From assembly GCA_963771275.1 (NCBI GenBank), contig CAVYSW010000003.1:768001-832000 (forward strand): a DNA stretch of 64,000 nt, written 5' to 3'. The notes under the pieces were generated by a model. That model ran no database searches and was not told the DNA's origin. It was given only the letters and a program-made list of their open reading frames with translations. Positions 38,504-48,852 of the stretch are shown here, piece by piece. This stretch comes from an uncultured Gemmatimonadales bacterium. GTDB lineage: Bacteria > Gemmatimonadota > Gemmatimonadetes > Gemmatimonadales > GWC2-71-9. Every line of letters starts with the position of its first letter. Position 1 is the first letter of the stretch. The position numbers and the translations under genes are program-made.

Positions 38504-39007
38504 GTGATTAGGTTTGGACATCCACCTCTTCCGGAGCCGGCAGCCACGCCACCCGACGCCGCACCGCCCCCCGGCACACCCGACCGCCCCTCCCGCACCG
38601 CGCCGGAGCGGTTCGAGCTCCCCATCAAGGTGCATGAGGCGGACATCGACCAGCTGGGGCACGTCAACAACGTGGTCTACCTCAAGTGGGTGCAGGACGT
38701 CGCCACGGCGCACTGGCGCGCCGTGGCGACGCGGGAGCAGCAGGCCGCGCTCGCCTGGGTGGTGATCCGGCACGAGATCGACTACTCCAGCGCCGCCCGC
38801 CTGGGGGAGGACATCGTCGCGGAGACCTGGGTGGGCATGGCCAGCCGGCGCACGTTCGAGCGCCACACCGAAATCCGGCGCATGCCGGATCGGAAGCTGC
38901 TCGCGCGCGCCCGCACGCTGTGGTGCCCGATCGACGTCGGCAGCGGCAAGCCCGCCCGCGTCGACGCCGAGGTGCGCGCGCGGTTCTCCGTGGCCTCCAC
39001 CGACTGA
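38504..39007 (+). CDS. Acyl-CoA thioesterase (4HBT hot-dog fold)
   Basis: DIDQLGHVNNVVYLKW, WVVIRHEIDY. Start uncertain. Confidence 0.85.
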   Translation: MIRFGHPPLPEPAATPPDAAPPPGTPDRPSRTAPERFELPIKVHEADIDQLGHVNNVVYLKWVQDVATAHWRAVATREQQAALAWVVIRHEIDYSSAARLGEDIVAETWVGMASRRTFERHTEIRRMPDRKLLARARTLWCPIDVGSGKPARVDAEVRARFSVASTD

Positions 39008-39047
39008 GGAGCCGCGCGCCCGTGCGGCCCCGCCGCCGGAAGCCCGA

Positions 39048-40466
39048 CTAGGCCGGCGGCACGTTCTGGTTCAGGCTGAACAGGTTCGTCGGATCGTACG
39101 CCCGCTTGAGCTCGGCCAGCCGCGCATAGTTGCCGCCGTACGCCGCCCGCACCCGTTCCTCGCCCTCGCTCACGAAGTTGACGTACACCCCGCCAGTGGC
39201 GAACGGCGCCGTCCGGTCGGAAAAGTCGCGCGCCCACGCGACACACACCTGATCGCGGCTCTTGTCCTCCCAGCGCGTGTGCACGTTCATCACGAAGTTC
39301 GCGTCACGATGGGGATAGGCCGTCGCGTCCGGCGCCTGCGCATTGATCGCGCCGCCGAGCTGCGCGATGAAGATCTCGCTCTGATTGGACGGCAACCGGC
39401 CCGCGTAGGCGCGGATCGTGTCGAGCGCCCCGTCGGACAGCTCCCGGAAGTTGTGCGACCGCCAGTAGTTTCGGGCGCCCGGGGTGAGCAGCGGATCGAA
39501 CGCCCGCTGCCAGCCGGCATATGGGTGCGGGCCCACCACGTCGGCGATCGGCTTGCCGAACTCGCGCAGCGGCTTGAGCAGCTGCTTCCCCTTGCGCAGC
39601 CCGGCCGTCGTCAGCACGGCGATGATCACGACCTCCGTCCCGTGCACCGCCGGCGGGAGGAACGGGAGCGGCGGCGCCTTGCGCAGCACCGTCAAGCAGG
39701 TGACGTCCTCGGGCGCGCCGGCGACGAACGCGCGGTAGTGCCGCAGCACCCGGTCCGCATCGGCGAACGGATGCACGATCAGTCCCGAGAGCACTTCCGG
39801 GCCCACTTTGTGGAGCCGGAACTCGAATTCGGTCACGATCCCCAGATTCCCGCCCCCGCCGCGCACCCCCCAGAACAGGTCGGCGTTCTGCTTCGCGCTG
39901 GCGGTCACGAGCTCGCCCGCGGCGGTCACGACCGTGGCCGAGAGCAGGTTGTCCACCGTGAGGCCGTATTTCCGGCTGAGCCAGCCGAATCCGCCGCCCA
40001 GCGTCAGGCCGGCGATCCCGGTCGTCGAGTTGATGCCGACCGGGGTCGCGAGCCCGAAGGCCTGGGTCTCGTGATCGAGGTCGGCGAGCGTGGCCCCGGG
40101 CCCCACGCGCGCCGTGCGGCGCCGCGGATCGACCGTGACCCCGCGCAGGCGCGAGAGATCCACCATCAGGCCACCGTCGCTCACCGCATTGCCGGCGATG
40201 TTGTGGCCCGCGCCGCGCACCGACAGCAGCAGGCCCTCCTCGCGCGCCAGGGTGACGCAGCGGATGACGTCGGCGGCTCCGGCGCACCGTGCGATGGCCG
40301 CCGGCCGGCGATCGATCATGGCATTCCAGACGGCGCGCGCCTGGTCGTAGCCGGGATCGTCCCGCAGGAGCAGTTCGCCGCGCAGGCTCTGGCGGAACGA
40401 TGCCAGGGCTTCGGCGGACAGGCTGGTTGTGCCTCCGGCACGGGAGGCGATGGACAGGCTGGGCAT
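39048..40466 (-). CDS. FAD-binding oxidoreductase (BBE-like)
   Basis: SD AAGGAG; WNAMIDRRP, RGAGHN, GLTLGGGFG, RGGGGN, YVNF, KRAYDPTNLF. Confidence 0.92.
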   Translation of the reverse strand: MPSLSIASRAGGTTSLSAEALASFRQSLRGELLLRDDPGYDQARAVWNAMIDRRPAAIARCAGAADVIRCVTLAREEGLLLSVRGAGHNIAGNAVSDGGLMVDLSRLRGVTVDPRRRTARVGPGATLADLDHETQAFGLATPVGINSTTGIAGLTLGGGFGWLSRKYGLTVDNLLSATVVTAAGELVTASAKQNADLFWGVRGGGGNLGIVTEFEFRLHKVGPEVLSGLIVHPFADADRVLRHYRAFVAGAPEDVTCLTVLRKAPPLPFLPPAVHGTEVVIIAVLTTAGLRKGKQLLKPLREFGKPIADVVGPHPYAGWQRAFDPLLTPGARNYWRSHNFRELSDGALDTIRAYAGRLPSNQSEIFIAQLGGAINAQAPDATAYPHRDANFVMNVHTRWEDKSRDQVCVAWARDFSDRTAPFATGGVYVNFVSEGEERVRAAYGGNYARLAELKRAYDPTNLFSLNQNVPPA

Positions 40467-40523
40467 CCGGGTCTCCTTGGGGTAGGCGCCGCCCCGCAGC
40501 GGCGCCGCTGGGTTGTGACGTCG

Positions 40524-40552
40524 AGAATGGCGCTTCGCATCCCCGATGTCAA
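40524..40552 (-). promoter_or_regulatory. Sigma70-type promoter of the FAD oxidoreductase
   Basis: Minus strand TTGACA-N17-CATTCT. Confidence 0.55.
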
Positions 40553-40742
40553 ACGCCGTGTAACCCCCCGCGGAATGCAACGTTCCACCCCCCTCGCGCG
40601 GATTGCATCTGGGAGCCCCGCCTCTGGCCGGAGGGCGTCCCGGACTTCACAATTCCAAGGCTGCACCAGTTGCCTTCGACCCCGCGGCGACTCGCTCGCC
40701 ATTGGGGGAGCGCGCCAACCTGCCAGCGCTGAAGGAGTCGCC

Positions 40743-43700
40743 ATGCTCGCTCGCCGTCGCCGTTCGAATTTCGCCACGCTCGCCGTGGCGTTGCTGCTCT
40801 CGCTCACTGCGACGCCCGGCGTCGCGCAGGCGCCCAAGCCGATCAAGTTCGCGCGGTATGCCCATGTGGCGAACGACGGGCGGATCGCCTTTTCCTACCA
40901 GGACGACATCTGGGTGGCGGACTCGACCGGGGCGAACGCGCATCGGCTCACGGCCAACATCGGCCGCGACTACGCGCCGCGCTTCTCGCCGGATGGCCGG
41001 TGGATCGCGTTCACCAGCAACCGCACGGGCAACGACGACGTGTTCGTGATCCCGGCTGCGGGGGGCGAGCCGCGCCAGCTCACGTGGTACTCGGGCCCCG
41101 ACCAGGCGCTGTACTGGAACCCGGACGGCAAGGCGATCGTGATCACCACCAACCGCAGCCCCGAGCCGTGGGGCTCCCCGCTGTACCTGCTGCCGCTCGA
41201 CGGCGGGCCGCCCGTGGCGATCGCCATGGCGAACGCCCGCGCGGGGATGCTGCGGCAGGACGGCCAGATGGTCGCGTTCAACCGCACCCTGCCCTCTACC
41301 TGGCGCAAGGAGTACCGCGGCAACAACAGCGGCGACATCTCGGTGCTCGATCTCAAGACCGGCGTGGCCGCGGAGATCACCGACACGAGCCTTCAGGCGT
41401 TCCGCACCCACGTGAACGACGTCTACCCGATGTGGGGCGCGGATGGCATGATCTACTTCGCCTCGGAGCGGAGCGGGACGTTCAACCTCTGGCGCGTCGC
41501 GGCGGCGGGCGGCACCCCGCAGCAGGTGACGTCCCACACGACGGGCGGCGTGTTCTTCCCGGCGATCTCGCCCGACGGGCGGCGCATCGTCTACCAGAAC
41601 GACTTCGACCTGTGGTCGATGGACGTGCCGGGCGGGAAAGCGCGCAAGCTCGCCATCACGCTGGCGTTCGATCCCAAGGAGTACGACGTCGAGGTCCTCC
41701 AGGCGGGCAACCGCGCCGAGGGCTTCGCGGTGGCGCCCGACGGAAACCACCTCGCCGTCGACGTGCACGGCGAGATCGTGGTCGTCCCCACCGAGGACGG
41801 GGTCGGCGAGAAGACGCAGGTCACCGCCTCGCCGTGGCGGGACCGCAACGAGATCTACGCCCCCGACGGCAAGCGGATCGCCTACACCTCGGACGAGAGC
41901 GGCGACGAAGAGGTCTGGGTGTTCGAGATCGCAACCGGGGCGCGCCGCCGCCTGACGCAGCAGGCGTCGCAGAAGACGGACATCACGTGGGCGCCGAATT
42001 CCCAGAAGCTCGCGTACGTGGGCGACAACCGGATCTACGAGGTGGACGCGACGGGCGGGAGTCCGCGCGAGGTTGCGTACAACGCGGCGGGCGGCTACAC
42101 CCTGCACCAGTACTCGTCCGACGGGAACTGGCTGCTGTACGGCCGGCGGGACGCGGACCAGAACGCGGACGTCTACCTGTACGACCTCCGCGCGCGGGCC
42201 GAGTACGACATGACGCCCAATCCGTTCAACGAGGGGAACGCGGCGCTGACGCCGGACGGCAAGACGCTGGTGTTCACGTCCAACCGGGACGGCGCGACGA
42301 GCCAGTTGTTCGCGGTGTCGCTCGCGCGGCTGACGGAGGATCCCAACGACCCACTGGTACGCGAGCGGCAGCGGCCGGCGCGGCCACGGGGCGGCGCCGG
42401 GCGCGGGGCGGCGGCCGGCGCGCCGGACCGGGCCGACGAGCAGGCGGGCGCCGCGGCGGCGCTCCAGGTGGACACGGCGGAGATCGACGCGCGGGCGGTA
42501 CAGCTCACCCGCGGTGCTCCGGGCACGTCCAGCTTCTTCCTGTCGCGCGACGGGCGCACCGTCTACTTCGCGGTGGGCGGGGGCTTCGGGGGCCGCGGCG
42601 GGTTCGGCCGCCCGGGCGCCGCGCCCGCAGCCGAGGGCCAGGCCGGCCTGTTCTCGGTCGGCATCGACGGCCGGGACCGGCGCCGCGTCGCGGAGGGCAC
42701 GTTCGCCGGGATGACGCCCACGGCGGATCGCCAGACCATTTTCTTCCGCGCGGCGTCGCGCCCGGCGGGCGGCGGCGAGGAGCAGCAGGGCCCGGGCGGC
42801 ATGCGGGGATTCGAGATCCAGCGCCTCGCCGTGGGCGGCGCCACCGCGCGTCCCGAGGCCGTGCGCTTCGACTTCGCCGTGCGGGTCGATCGACAGGCGG
42901 AGTGGAGACAGATCTTCGACGAGGCCTGGCGCGTGATGAAGTACCGGTTCTACGACGCCGACATGCACAAGCACGACTGGAAGGCGATCCGGGCGAAGTA
43001 CGAGCCCCTGCTGGCCGACGTCGGCAGCAACGAGGACGTGTACGATCTGGCGAACGCGATGATCGGCGAGATCAACGCGTCGCACACCGGCGTGAGCGGG
43101 CCGGCAACCCGCACCATGCCGCGCGTCTACACGACCCGGTACCTCGGCTTCGAGCTGGAGCCCGCGAACGGGCGGTATCGCGTGTCGCACGTCTACCGTG
43201 ACGGCCCGGCCGACAAGGAGTGGATCGACCTCGTGGTGGGCGACTACGTGCTGGCGATCGACGGCCAGGACGTGAAGGCCGGCGACAACTACTGGAGGAT
43301 CCTGAGCACCACCCTGAACGACTACATCCCGGTCAAGGTGGCGAAGACGCCGGACGGCGCGAACGCCAAGGTGCTCCGCATCGCGACCGTCGCGTCGCTC
43401 ATGGACATCAAGTACCAGGAATGGGTGGCGCACAACCGCGACATCGTGGACAAGGCGACCAACGGCCAGATCGCCTACGTCCACATCCGCGCGATGAACC
43501 AGCCGTCGCTCACCCAGTTCCAGGACGAGATCGACCGCTACTGGAACAAGCAGGGGATCATCATCGATATCCGGTTCAACGGCGGCGGCAACATCGACCA
43601 GGAGCTGCTCGACATCCTCGAGCGGCGGCCGTACGAATACTGGAACAACCGCTACGGCGTGCCGAGCTGGGGCCGCCGGCCCCGGCAGGCCATCGTCGGG

Positions 43701-44072
43701 CCCAAGGTGATGATGATCAACTGGCGCTCGGCGTCGGACGCCGAGGTGACCCCCAAGGGATTCCACGACCTCGGCCTCGGCCGGATCGTCGGCAACCCCA
43801 CCGCGGCCATGGTAATCGCGACGGGGAGCTACCAGCTGATCAACGGCGGCAGCATCCGCACCCCGGGATCGCTCGTCGTGGCGTATGACCCCACCAAGCC
43901 GAACAACTTTGGCGTGAACCTGGAGAACTACGGGGTGGCGCCGGACGTGTGGGTCGAGAACAACTCGATGGACGAGATGAAGGGCGTCGACCGCGAGCTG
44001 CAGGCCGCGATCGACGAGGCGATGCGCATGCTCAAGGAGCAGGGCTCGCGCGCGACCGGCCAGAATCGCTGA
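40743..44072 (+). CDS. Tricorn-like S41 family peptidase (PD40 propellers, PDZ, protease domain)
   Basis: SD AAGGAG; signal peptide; PRFSPDG repeats; INASH, RFNGGG, SASDAE, ENYGVAPD. Confidence 0.92.
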   Translation: MLARRRRSNFATLAVALLLSLTATPGVAQAPKPIKFARYAHVANDGRIAFSYQDDIWVADSTGANAHRLTANIGRDYAPRFSPDGRWIAFTSNRTGNDDVFVIPAAGGEPRQLTWYSGPDQALYWNPDGKAIVITTNRSPEPWGSPLYLLPLDGGPPVAIAMANARAGMLRQDGQMVAFNRTLPSTWRKEYRGNNSGDISVLDLKTGVAAEITDTSLQAFRTHVNDVYPMWGADGMIYFASERSGTFNLWRVAAAGGTPQQVTSHTTGGVFFPAISPDGRRIVYQNDFDLWSMDVPGGKARKLAITLAFDPKEYDVEVLQAGNRAEGFAVAPDGNHLAVDVHGEIVVVPTEDGVGEKTQVTASPWRDRNEIYAPDGKRIAYTSDESGDEEVWVFEIATGARRRLTQQASQKTDITWAPNSQKLAYVGDNRIYEVDATGGSPREVAYNAAGGYTLHQYSSDGNWLLYGRRDADQNADVYLYDLRARAEYDMTPNPFNEGNAALTPDGKTLVFTSNRDGATSQLFAVSLARLTEDPNDPLVRERQRPARPRGGAGRGAAAGAPDRADEQAGAAAALQVDTAEIDARAVQLTRGAPGTSSFFLSRDGRTVYFAVGGGFGGRGGFGRPGAAPAAEGQAGLFSVGIDGRDRRRVAEGTFAGMTPTADRQTIFFRAASRPAGGGEEQQGPGGMRGFEIQRLAVGGATARPEAVRFDFAVRVDRQAEWRQIFDEAWRVMKYRFYDADMHKHDWKAIRAKYEPLLADVGSNEDVYDLANAMIGEINASHTGVSGPATRTMPRVYTTRYLGFELEPANGRYRVSHVYRDGPADKEWIDLVVGDYVLAIDGQDVKAGDNYWRILSTTLNDYIPVKVAKTPDGANAKVLRIATVASLMDIKYQEWVAHNRDIVDKATNGQIAYVHIRAMNQPSLTQFQDEIDRYWNKQGIIIDIRFNGGGNIDQELLDILERRPYEYWNNRYGVPSWGRRPRQAIVGPKVMMINWRSASDAEVTPKGFHDLGLGRIVGNPTAAMVIATGSYQLINGGSIRTPGSLVVAYDPTKPNNFGVNLENYGVAPDVWVENNSMDEMKGVDRELQAAIDEAMRMLKEQGSRATGQNR

Positions 44073-44139
44073 ACGGGACGTGAGCGCCCAGGCCGATCCC
44101 CGGGATCGGCTTGGGCGCCGTGTCGGGGAGAACAAACGC

Positions 44140-47100
44140 ATGACAAGCCACGGAAGGGCGCGCGCGCTGGCGCTGCTCATCGGTCTTCTCGCTCCGGGGG
44201 CCGCACGCGCGCAGGCCGCGCCCCCCGCGCGACCGGACCTCACCCGCGATCCCACGCTCTATCTCGTGGGCTACGCCCACCTCGACACGCAGTGGCGCTG
44301 GGAGTATCCGCAGGTGATCTCGGAGTTCATCCCGAACACCATGCGCCAGAACTTCGCCCTGTTCGCGAAGTACCCGCACTACGTGTTCAACTTCAGCGGC
44401 GCCAACCGCTACCGGATGATGAAGGAGTACCACCCCGCGGACTACGCCAAGGTCAAGGCGTACGTCGCGGCCGGCCGCTGGTTCCCGTCCGGCTCGTCCA
44501 TGGAGGAGAACGACGTCAACGTGCCGTCGGCCGAGTCGCTGCTCCGGCAGCTGCTGTACGGCAGCGAGTTCTTCCGGCAGGAGTTCGGCACGACCAGCGC
44601 CGAGTACATGCTGCCGGACTGCTTCGGGTTCCCGGCGTCGCTCCCCAGCGTCCTGGCACACGCCGGGATCATCGGGTTCAGCACCCAGAAGCTCACGTGG
44701 CACTCGGCCGCCGGGATTCCGTTCAACGTCGGCGTGTGGGAGGGTCCCGACGGCCGCAGCGTGATCGCGGCCCTGAACCCCGGGAGCTACGGCAGCCGCG
44801 TGCAGGAGGACCTGAGCCGTAGCCCGGAATGGAGCGCGCGCGTCAAGGAGGATGGCGACCGAAACGGCCTGTTCGCCGACTACCACTACTACGGCGTGGG
44901 CGATCGGGGCGGCTCGCCGCAGGACAGCTCGGTGCTGTGGGCGGAGCGGAGCGTGACGGGAGACGGGCCGCTGCACGTCGTCTCCTCCACCGCCGAGCAG
45001 CTGTTCCTCGACATCACGCCGGCCGAGCGGGCACGCCTGCCGCGCTACAAGGGTGACCTGCTGCTGATCGAGCACTCGGCCGGCTCGATCTCGTCGCAGG
45101 CGTACCTCAAGCGATGGAACCACGCCAACGAGCTGCTCGCGGACGCCGCGGAGCGGGCGTCGGTCGCGGCCGGGTGGCTGGGTGGCCGGCCGTACCCGCT
45201 GGCGCGACTGAACGACGCGTGGACGCTGGTGATGGGCGGACAGTTCCACGACATCCTGCCCGGCACCTCCACGCCCAAGGCGTACGAGTACTCGTGGAAC
45301 GACGAAGTGCTGGCCCTGAACCAGTTCGCCGGCGTGCTCACGGACGCCGCGACCGTGGTGGCCGCCGGCCTCAACACCGAGTCCCGCGGCACCGCCATCG
45401 TCGTGTACAACCCGCTATCGGTCGCCCGCGAAGACGTGGTCGAGGCCACGGTGACGTTTCCGGGTGGCGCGCCGGCGGCCGTCCGCGTCACGGGACCGGA
45501 CGGCGGGGACGTCCCCGCGCAGGTGGCGGCACCGGGGGCGGGGGCGGACGGCGTGAAGGTCTTGTTTCTCGCCAAGGTCCCGTCCGTCGGGTTCGCCGTG
45601 TACGACGTGCAACCCGCGCCTCTCCCGGCGCCCGCGGCGGCATCGCCGCTCGCCGTCACCGACTCCACACTCGAGAACGCGCGCTATCGCGTGCGGCTCG
45701 ACGGCACCGGCGATCTGGCGAGCGTGTTCGACAAGCGGCTCGGGCGCGAGCTGCTCGCCGCGCCGGCCCGGCTCGCCCTGCAGCACGAGAAGCCCACGCA
45801 GTGGCCGGCCTGGAACATGGACTGGGCGGATCAGCGACAGCCGCCGCGCGGCTACGTCGCGGGGGCGGCGCGCGTCCGGATCGTCGAACGGGGACCTGCC
45901 CGCGTCGCCCTCGAGATCACGCGCGAGACGGAGGGCTCACGCTTCGTCCAGACGGTCCGGCTCGCCGCCGGCGACGCCGGCAACCGGATCGAGATCGCCA
46001 ACGCGATCGACTGGAAGATCGCCGAGACCGCGCTCAAGGCGACCTTCCCGCTCACCGCCGCGAACCCCCTGGCCACCTACAACTGGGAGATCGGCACGAT
46101 CGAGCGGGGGAACAACGACTCGACCAAGTACGAAGTGCCGTCGCACCAGTGGATCGACCTCACCGACCGGAGCGGGGCGTACGGCGTCACCCTGCTCACG
46201 GGCCACAAGTACGGCTCCGACAAGCCCGACGACCGCACGCTGCGGCTGACCCTGATCTACACGCCGGGCATCAGCGGCTCCTATGAGGATCAGGGGACGC
46301 AGGACTGGGGCCACCACGAGCTGGTCTACGGTCTCGCGAGTCACGCCGGCGACTGGCGGCAGGAGCACACCAACTGGGAGGCCCTGCGCCTCGACCAGCC
46401 GCTGATCGCGTTCCAGAGCCCGGGGCACCGCGGCGCCCTCGGCCGGAGCTTCTCGCTGCTCGGCGTGAGCACCGACCAGGTGCGGGTGCTCGCGCTGAAG
46501 CGGGCCGAACGGAGCGACGAGCTGATCGTGCGGCTGGTCGAGCAGGAGGGCCGGCCGGCCGCCGACGTCCGCATTGCGTTCGCGGCACCGGTCACGGCCG
46601 CGCGCGCGGTGGACGGCCGGGAGATGCCCGTGGGCGGCGCCACCATTGTGGACGACACGCTGGTCGCGTCGTTCACCCGGTATCAGCCGCGCAGCTTCGC
46701 GGTCCGGCTGGGGTTCCCGGTGACCGGCGTGGCGGCGCCGAAATCGCAGGCGGTCACCCTGCCCTACGATCGCAGGGTCACCAGCGCCGACGGCGCGCGA
46801 TCGGATGGCGGCTTCGGAGCCGACGGCCAGGCACTCCCCGCCGAGATGCTGCCACGCGAGATCGCGTACGCCGGCATCACGTTCGCGCTCGCGGATTCCG
46901 GGGCGGCCAATGCGGTGGTCGCGCGCGGGCAGACGGTGGCCCTACCCAAGGGCAAGTTCACCCGGCTCTACGTACTGGCCGCGTCCGCGGACGGGGACCG
47001 GCAGGTCACGTTCCGGGTGGGAGACACGGCGGCGACGCTCACCGTGCAGGACTGGGGCGGGTACATTGGGCAGTGGGACAACCGGCTCTGGAAGCAGGTG

Positions 47101-47466
47101 GAGGTGCCGCCGCCGCCCGAGCCGGCGGCGGGCGACAGCAGCCAGGCGGCCCAACGCGCCCGCCGGATTCTGGCACGCATCCGTGAGCGCGGCCCGATCA
47201 CGCGCGCCGAGTACGCGGGGCTGGTCCCGGGCTACATCAAGCGGGCGCCCGTCGCGTGGTTCGCCTCACATCGACACACGGCCGACGGCGCGAACGAGCC
47301 CTACGCGTACGCGTACCTGTTCGCATACGCCATCGACCTGCCGGCGGGCGCGCAGGCGCTGACGCTGCCCAACGACGATCGGGTCCGGGTTTTGGCGGTC
47401 ACGGTGTCGAACGAGCAGGAGACTGTCCGCGCTGCCGCGCCGTTGTACGACACGCTGAGCCGGTAG
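44140..47466 (+). CDS. Secreted GH38 alpha-mannosidase
   Basis: AHLDTQWRW, LPDCFG, YGVGDRGG, QFHDILPG, EVPSHQWIDL. Confidence 0.92.
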   Translation: MTSHGRARALALLIGLLAPGAARAQAAPPARPDLTRDPTLYLVGYAHLDTQWRWEYPQVISEFIPNTMRQNFALFAKYPHYVFNFSGANRYRMMKEYHPADYAKVKAYVAAGRWFPSGSSMEENDVNVPSAESLLRQLLYGSEFFRQEFGTTSAEYMLPDCFGFPASLPSVLAHAGIIGFSTQKLTWHSAAGIPFNVGVWEGPDGRSVIAALNPGSYGSRVQEDLSRSPEWSARVKEDGDRNGLFADYHYYGVGDRGGSPQDSSVLWAERSVTGDGPLHVVSSTAEQLFLDITPAERARLPRYKGDLLLIEHSAGSISSQAYLKRWNHANELLADAAERASVAAGWLGGRPYPLARLNDAWTLVMGGQFHDILPGTSTPKAYEYSWNDEVLALNQFAGVLTDAATVVAAGLNTESRGTAIVVYNPLSVAREDVVEATVTFPGGAPAAVRVTGPDGGDVPAQVAAPGAGADGVKVLFLAKVPSVGFAVYDVQPAPLPAPAAASPLAVTDSTLENARYRVRLDGTGDLASVFDKRLGRELLAAPARLALQHEKPTQWPAWNMDWADQRQPPRGYVAGAARVRIVERGPARVALEITRETEGSRFVQTVRLAAGDAGNRIEIANAIDWKIAETALKATFPLTAANPLATYNWEIGTIERGNNDSTKYEVPSHQWIDLTDRSGAYGVTLLTGHKYGSDKPDDRTLRLTLIYTPGISGSYEDQGTQDWGHHELVYGLASHAGDWRQEHTNWEALRLDQPLIAFQSPGHRGALGRSFSLLGVSTDQVRVLALKRAERSDELIVRLVEQEGRPAADVRIAFAAPVTAARAVDGREMPVGGATIVDDTLVASFTRYQPRSFAVRLGFPVTGVAAPKSQAVTLPYDRRVTSADGARSDGGFGADGQALPAEMLPREIAYAGITFALADSGAANAVVARGQTVALPKGKFTRLYVLAASADGDRQVTFRVGDTAATLTVQDWGGYIGQWDNRLWKQVEVPPPPEPAAGDSSQAAQRARRILARIRERGPITRAEYAGLVPGYIKRAPVAWFASHRHTADGANEPYAYAYLFAYAIDLPAGAQALTLPNDDRVRVLAVTVSNEQETVRAAAPLYDTLSR

Positions 47467-47543
47467 CGGTTGGCGGTTGTGGTGGTTGCCGGTTGGCGGT
47501 TTGCCGTTGGCTGCTCTGCGTTGGACATTGGAGATTGGACATT
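47461..47543. repeat. Degenerate heptamer tandem repeats (GCGGTTG, TTGGACA)
   Basis: gcggttg gcggttg ... ccggttg gcggttt gccgttg; ttggaca ttggaga ttggaca. Confidence 0.6.
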
Positions 47544-47661
47544 CGGGTGGTCACCTTCAACGGCGTGCAGAAGGTGTGGAAGCTGCGCATCGAGGAGGCG
47601 CGAATCCGCGCGGGCACGCTCGGGGCAGGCGGGACCGCCAGCTGATCGCCGCGGAGGACCG

Positions 47662-48165
47662 ATGGACCTGGTGTTCCTGATCGTGCGTGTGGCGCACATC
47701 GTGCTCGCGCTGCTCTGGACCGGAGCACAGGTCTTCGTAGCGTTTCTCGATCCCCGCGTCCGCGCGGCGGGTCCGAGCGGCGGCCGGGTGATGCTGGCGC
47801 TGCAGCAGCGGCGCTATCGCCCGACGATGCTCCCCGTTGGCGCCGTCACCGTTCTCACCGGTCTGGCGCTGTACGGCTGGATGGCGGCTTCGTCCGCCCC
47901 CAGGTGGGCCGGCTCCCACCATGCCATCGTCCTCGCGATCGGCGGGCTCGCGGGGATCGCGGCCCTGGCGTTGGGCTGGTTCGTTTCGCGCCCCGGGTTC
48001 CAGCGGCTGAGCGCGCTGACGACGACCCTCGCCGGTGGAGCGGCGACCCCGGAGCAGCAGGCGGAGCTCGAGGGGTTGCGCGAGCGCCTGCGCCGCACGG
48101 CCCGCTGGATCGCCGCGCTGCTGCTCGCCGCCCTGCTCACCATGTCGCTGGCACCCTTCGCGTAG
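47662..48165 (+). CDS. Four-TM membrane protein of unknown function
   Basis: SD GGAGG; RVAHIVLALLWTG, LTGLALY; four hydrophobic helices. Confidence 0.75.
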   Translation: MDLVFLIVRVAHIVLALLWTGAQVFVAFLDPRVRAAGPSGGRVMLALQQRRYRPTMLPVGAVTVLTGLALYGWMAASSAPRWAGSHHAIVLAIGGLAGIAALALGWFVSRPGFQRLSALTTTLAGGAATPEQQAELEGLRERLRRTARWIAALLLAALLTMSLAPFA

Positions 48166-48259
48166 GCGCCGCCATCCGCAGGCTGTTTTCAGGCGGGTTT
48201 CACATCCGCTTCAGGCCCTCCGCACTACCTATTGACCGCTGATTCCTGTGGAGGGATCG

Positions 48260-48811
48260 ATGCGCAACATCCTGCTGATCGCCGGAGCCGTGACACTCAC
48301 GGGCTCCGCGGTCGTGATGCATCCTGGTCGCGATGACCAGTTGGCGAACGCGGTGAAGGAAATGGAGCGGATCAACACGCTGCGCGAGGGCCTGGCGGAG
48401 AAGTTCCTGACGGTGCAGACCCCGGACAAGGCCATGTTCCAGGAGGTGTGCGGCGCGGTGGCGGCTGAGGTTCAGCGCCTGGGCGAGGCGAATGGCTGGA
48501 CCGTGGAGCAATTGGCCGAGAAGTACCGCAACCCCGTGCATCGCGCCGACCGCGAGGCCGAGCGGTTCATGCGCGTGCTGGCGGCCGACACGACGGTCGA
48601 GGGCCTGTGGATTCGCACCGTGATGGACGGAAAGCCCGGCCTGCGGTATTTCCGGCGGATCGAGGTGCGCCCGGCGTGCATGCCGTGCCACGGCACGATG
48701 GAGAGTCGGCCGGAGTTCATCAAGTCGGGGTATCCGCGGGACCGGGCCTACAACTTCAAGGTGGGGGACCTGCGGGGCGTGTACTCGGTGTTCATTCCGG
48801 ACACGCCGTGA
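48260..48811 (+). CDS. Periplasmic c-type heme protein (DUF3365/Tll0287-like)
   Basis: Signal; KYRNP, CMPCHG (CxxCH), YPRDRAYNFKVGDLRGVYSV. Confidence 0.88.
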   Translation: MRNILLIAGAVTLTGSAVVMHPGRDDQLANAVKEMERINTLREGLAEKFLTVQTPDKAMFQEVCGAVAAEVQRLGEANGWTVEQLAEKYRNPVHRADREAERFMRVLAADTTVEGLWIRTVMDGKPGLRYFRRIEVRPACMPCHGTMESRPEFIKSGYPRDRAYNFKVGDLRGVYSVFIPDTP

Positions 48812-48825
48812 CGCAGCTGTAGCGG

Positions 48826-48852
48826 CCCGGCGCGACGGCACGTCGCGCCGGG
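48826..48852 (+). terminator. Perfect 12-bp hairpin after the heme protein gene
   Basis: CCCGGCGCGACG-GCA-CGTCGCGCCGGG; no U-tract. Confidence 0.5.

Noticed and set aside
39279..40742. Apparent 488-aa N-terminal extension making a 1597-aa S41 protein
   Set aside because: It is antisense to the FAD oxidoreductase; the SD and signal peptide place the real start at 40743.
40647..44255. Very long antisense ORFs (1202 aa here; also 14997..17987, 32607..35411, 36872..38866, 25082..27103, 60989..62797)
   Set aside because: They mirror well-supported genes on the other strand, have no motifs, and are expected from stop-codon scarcity at high GC3.
47547..47645. Short ORF VVTFNGVQKVWKLRIEEARIRAGTLGAGGTAS
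   Set aside because: It looks protein-like but has no SD or recognisable family; at most a remnant, so it is not listed as a feature.
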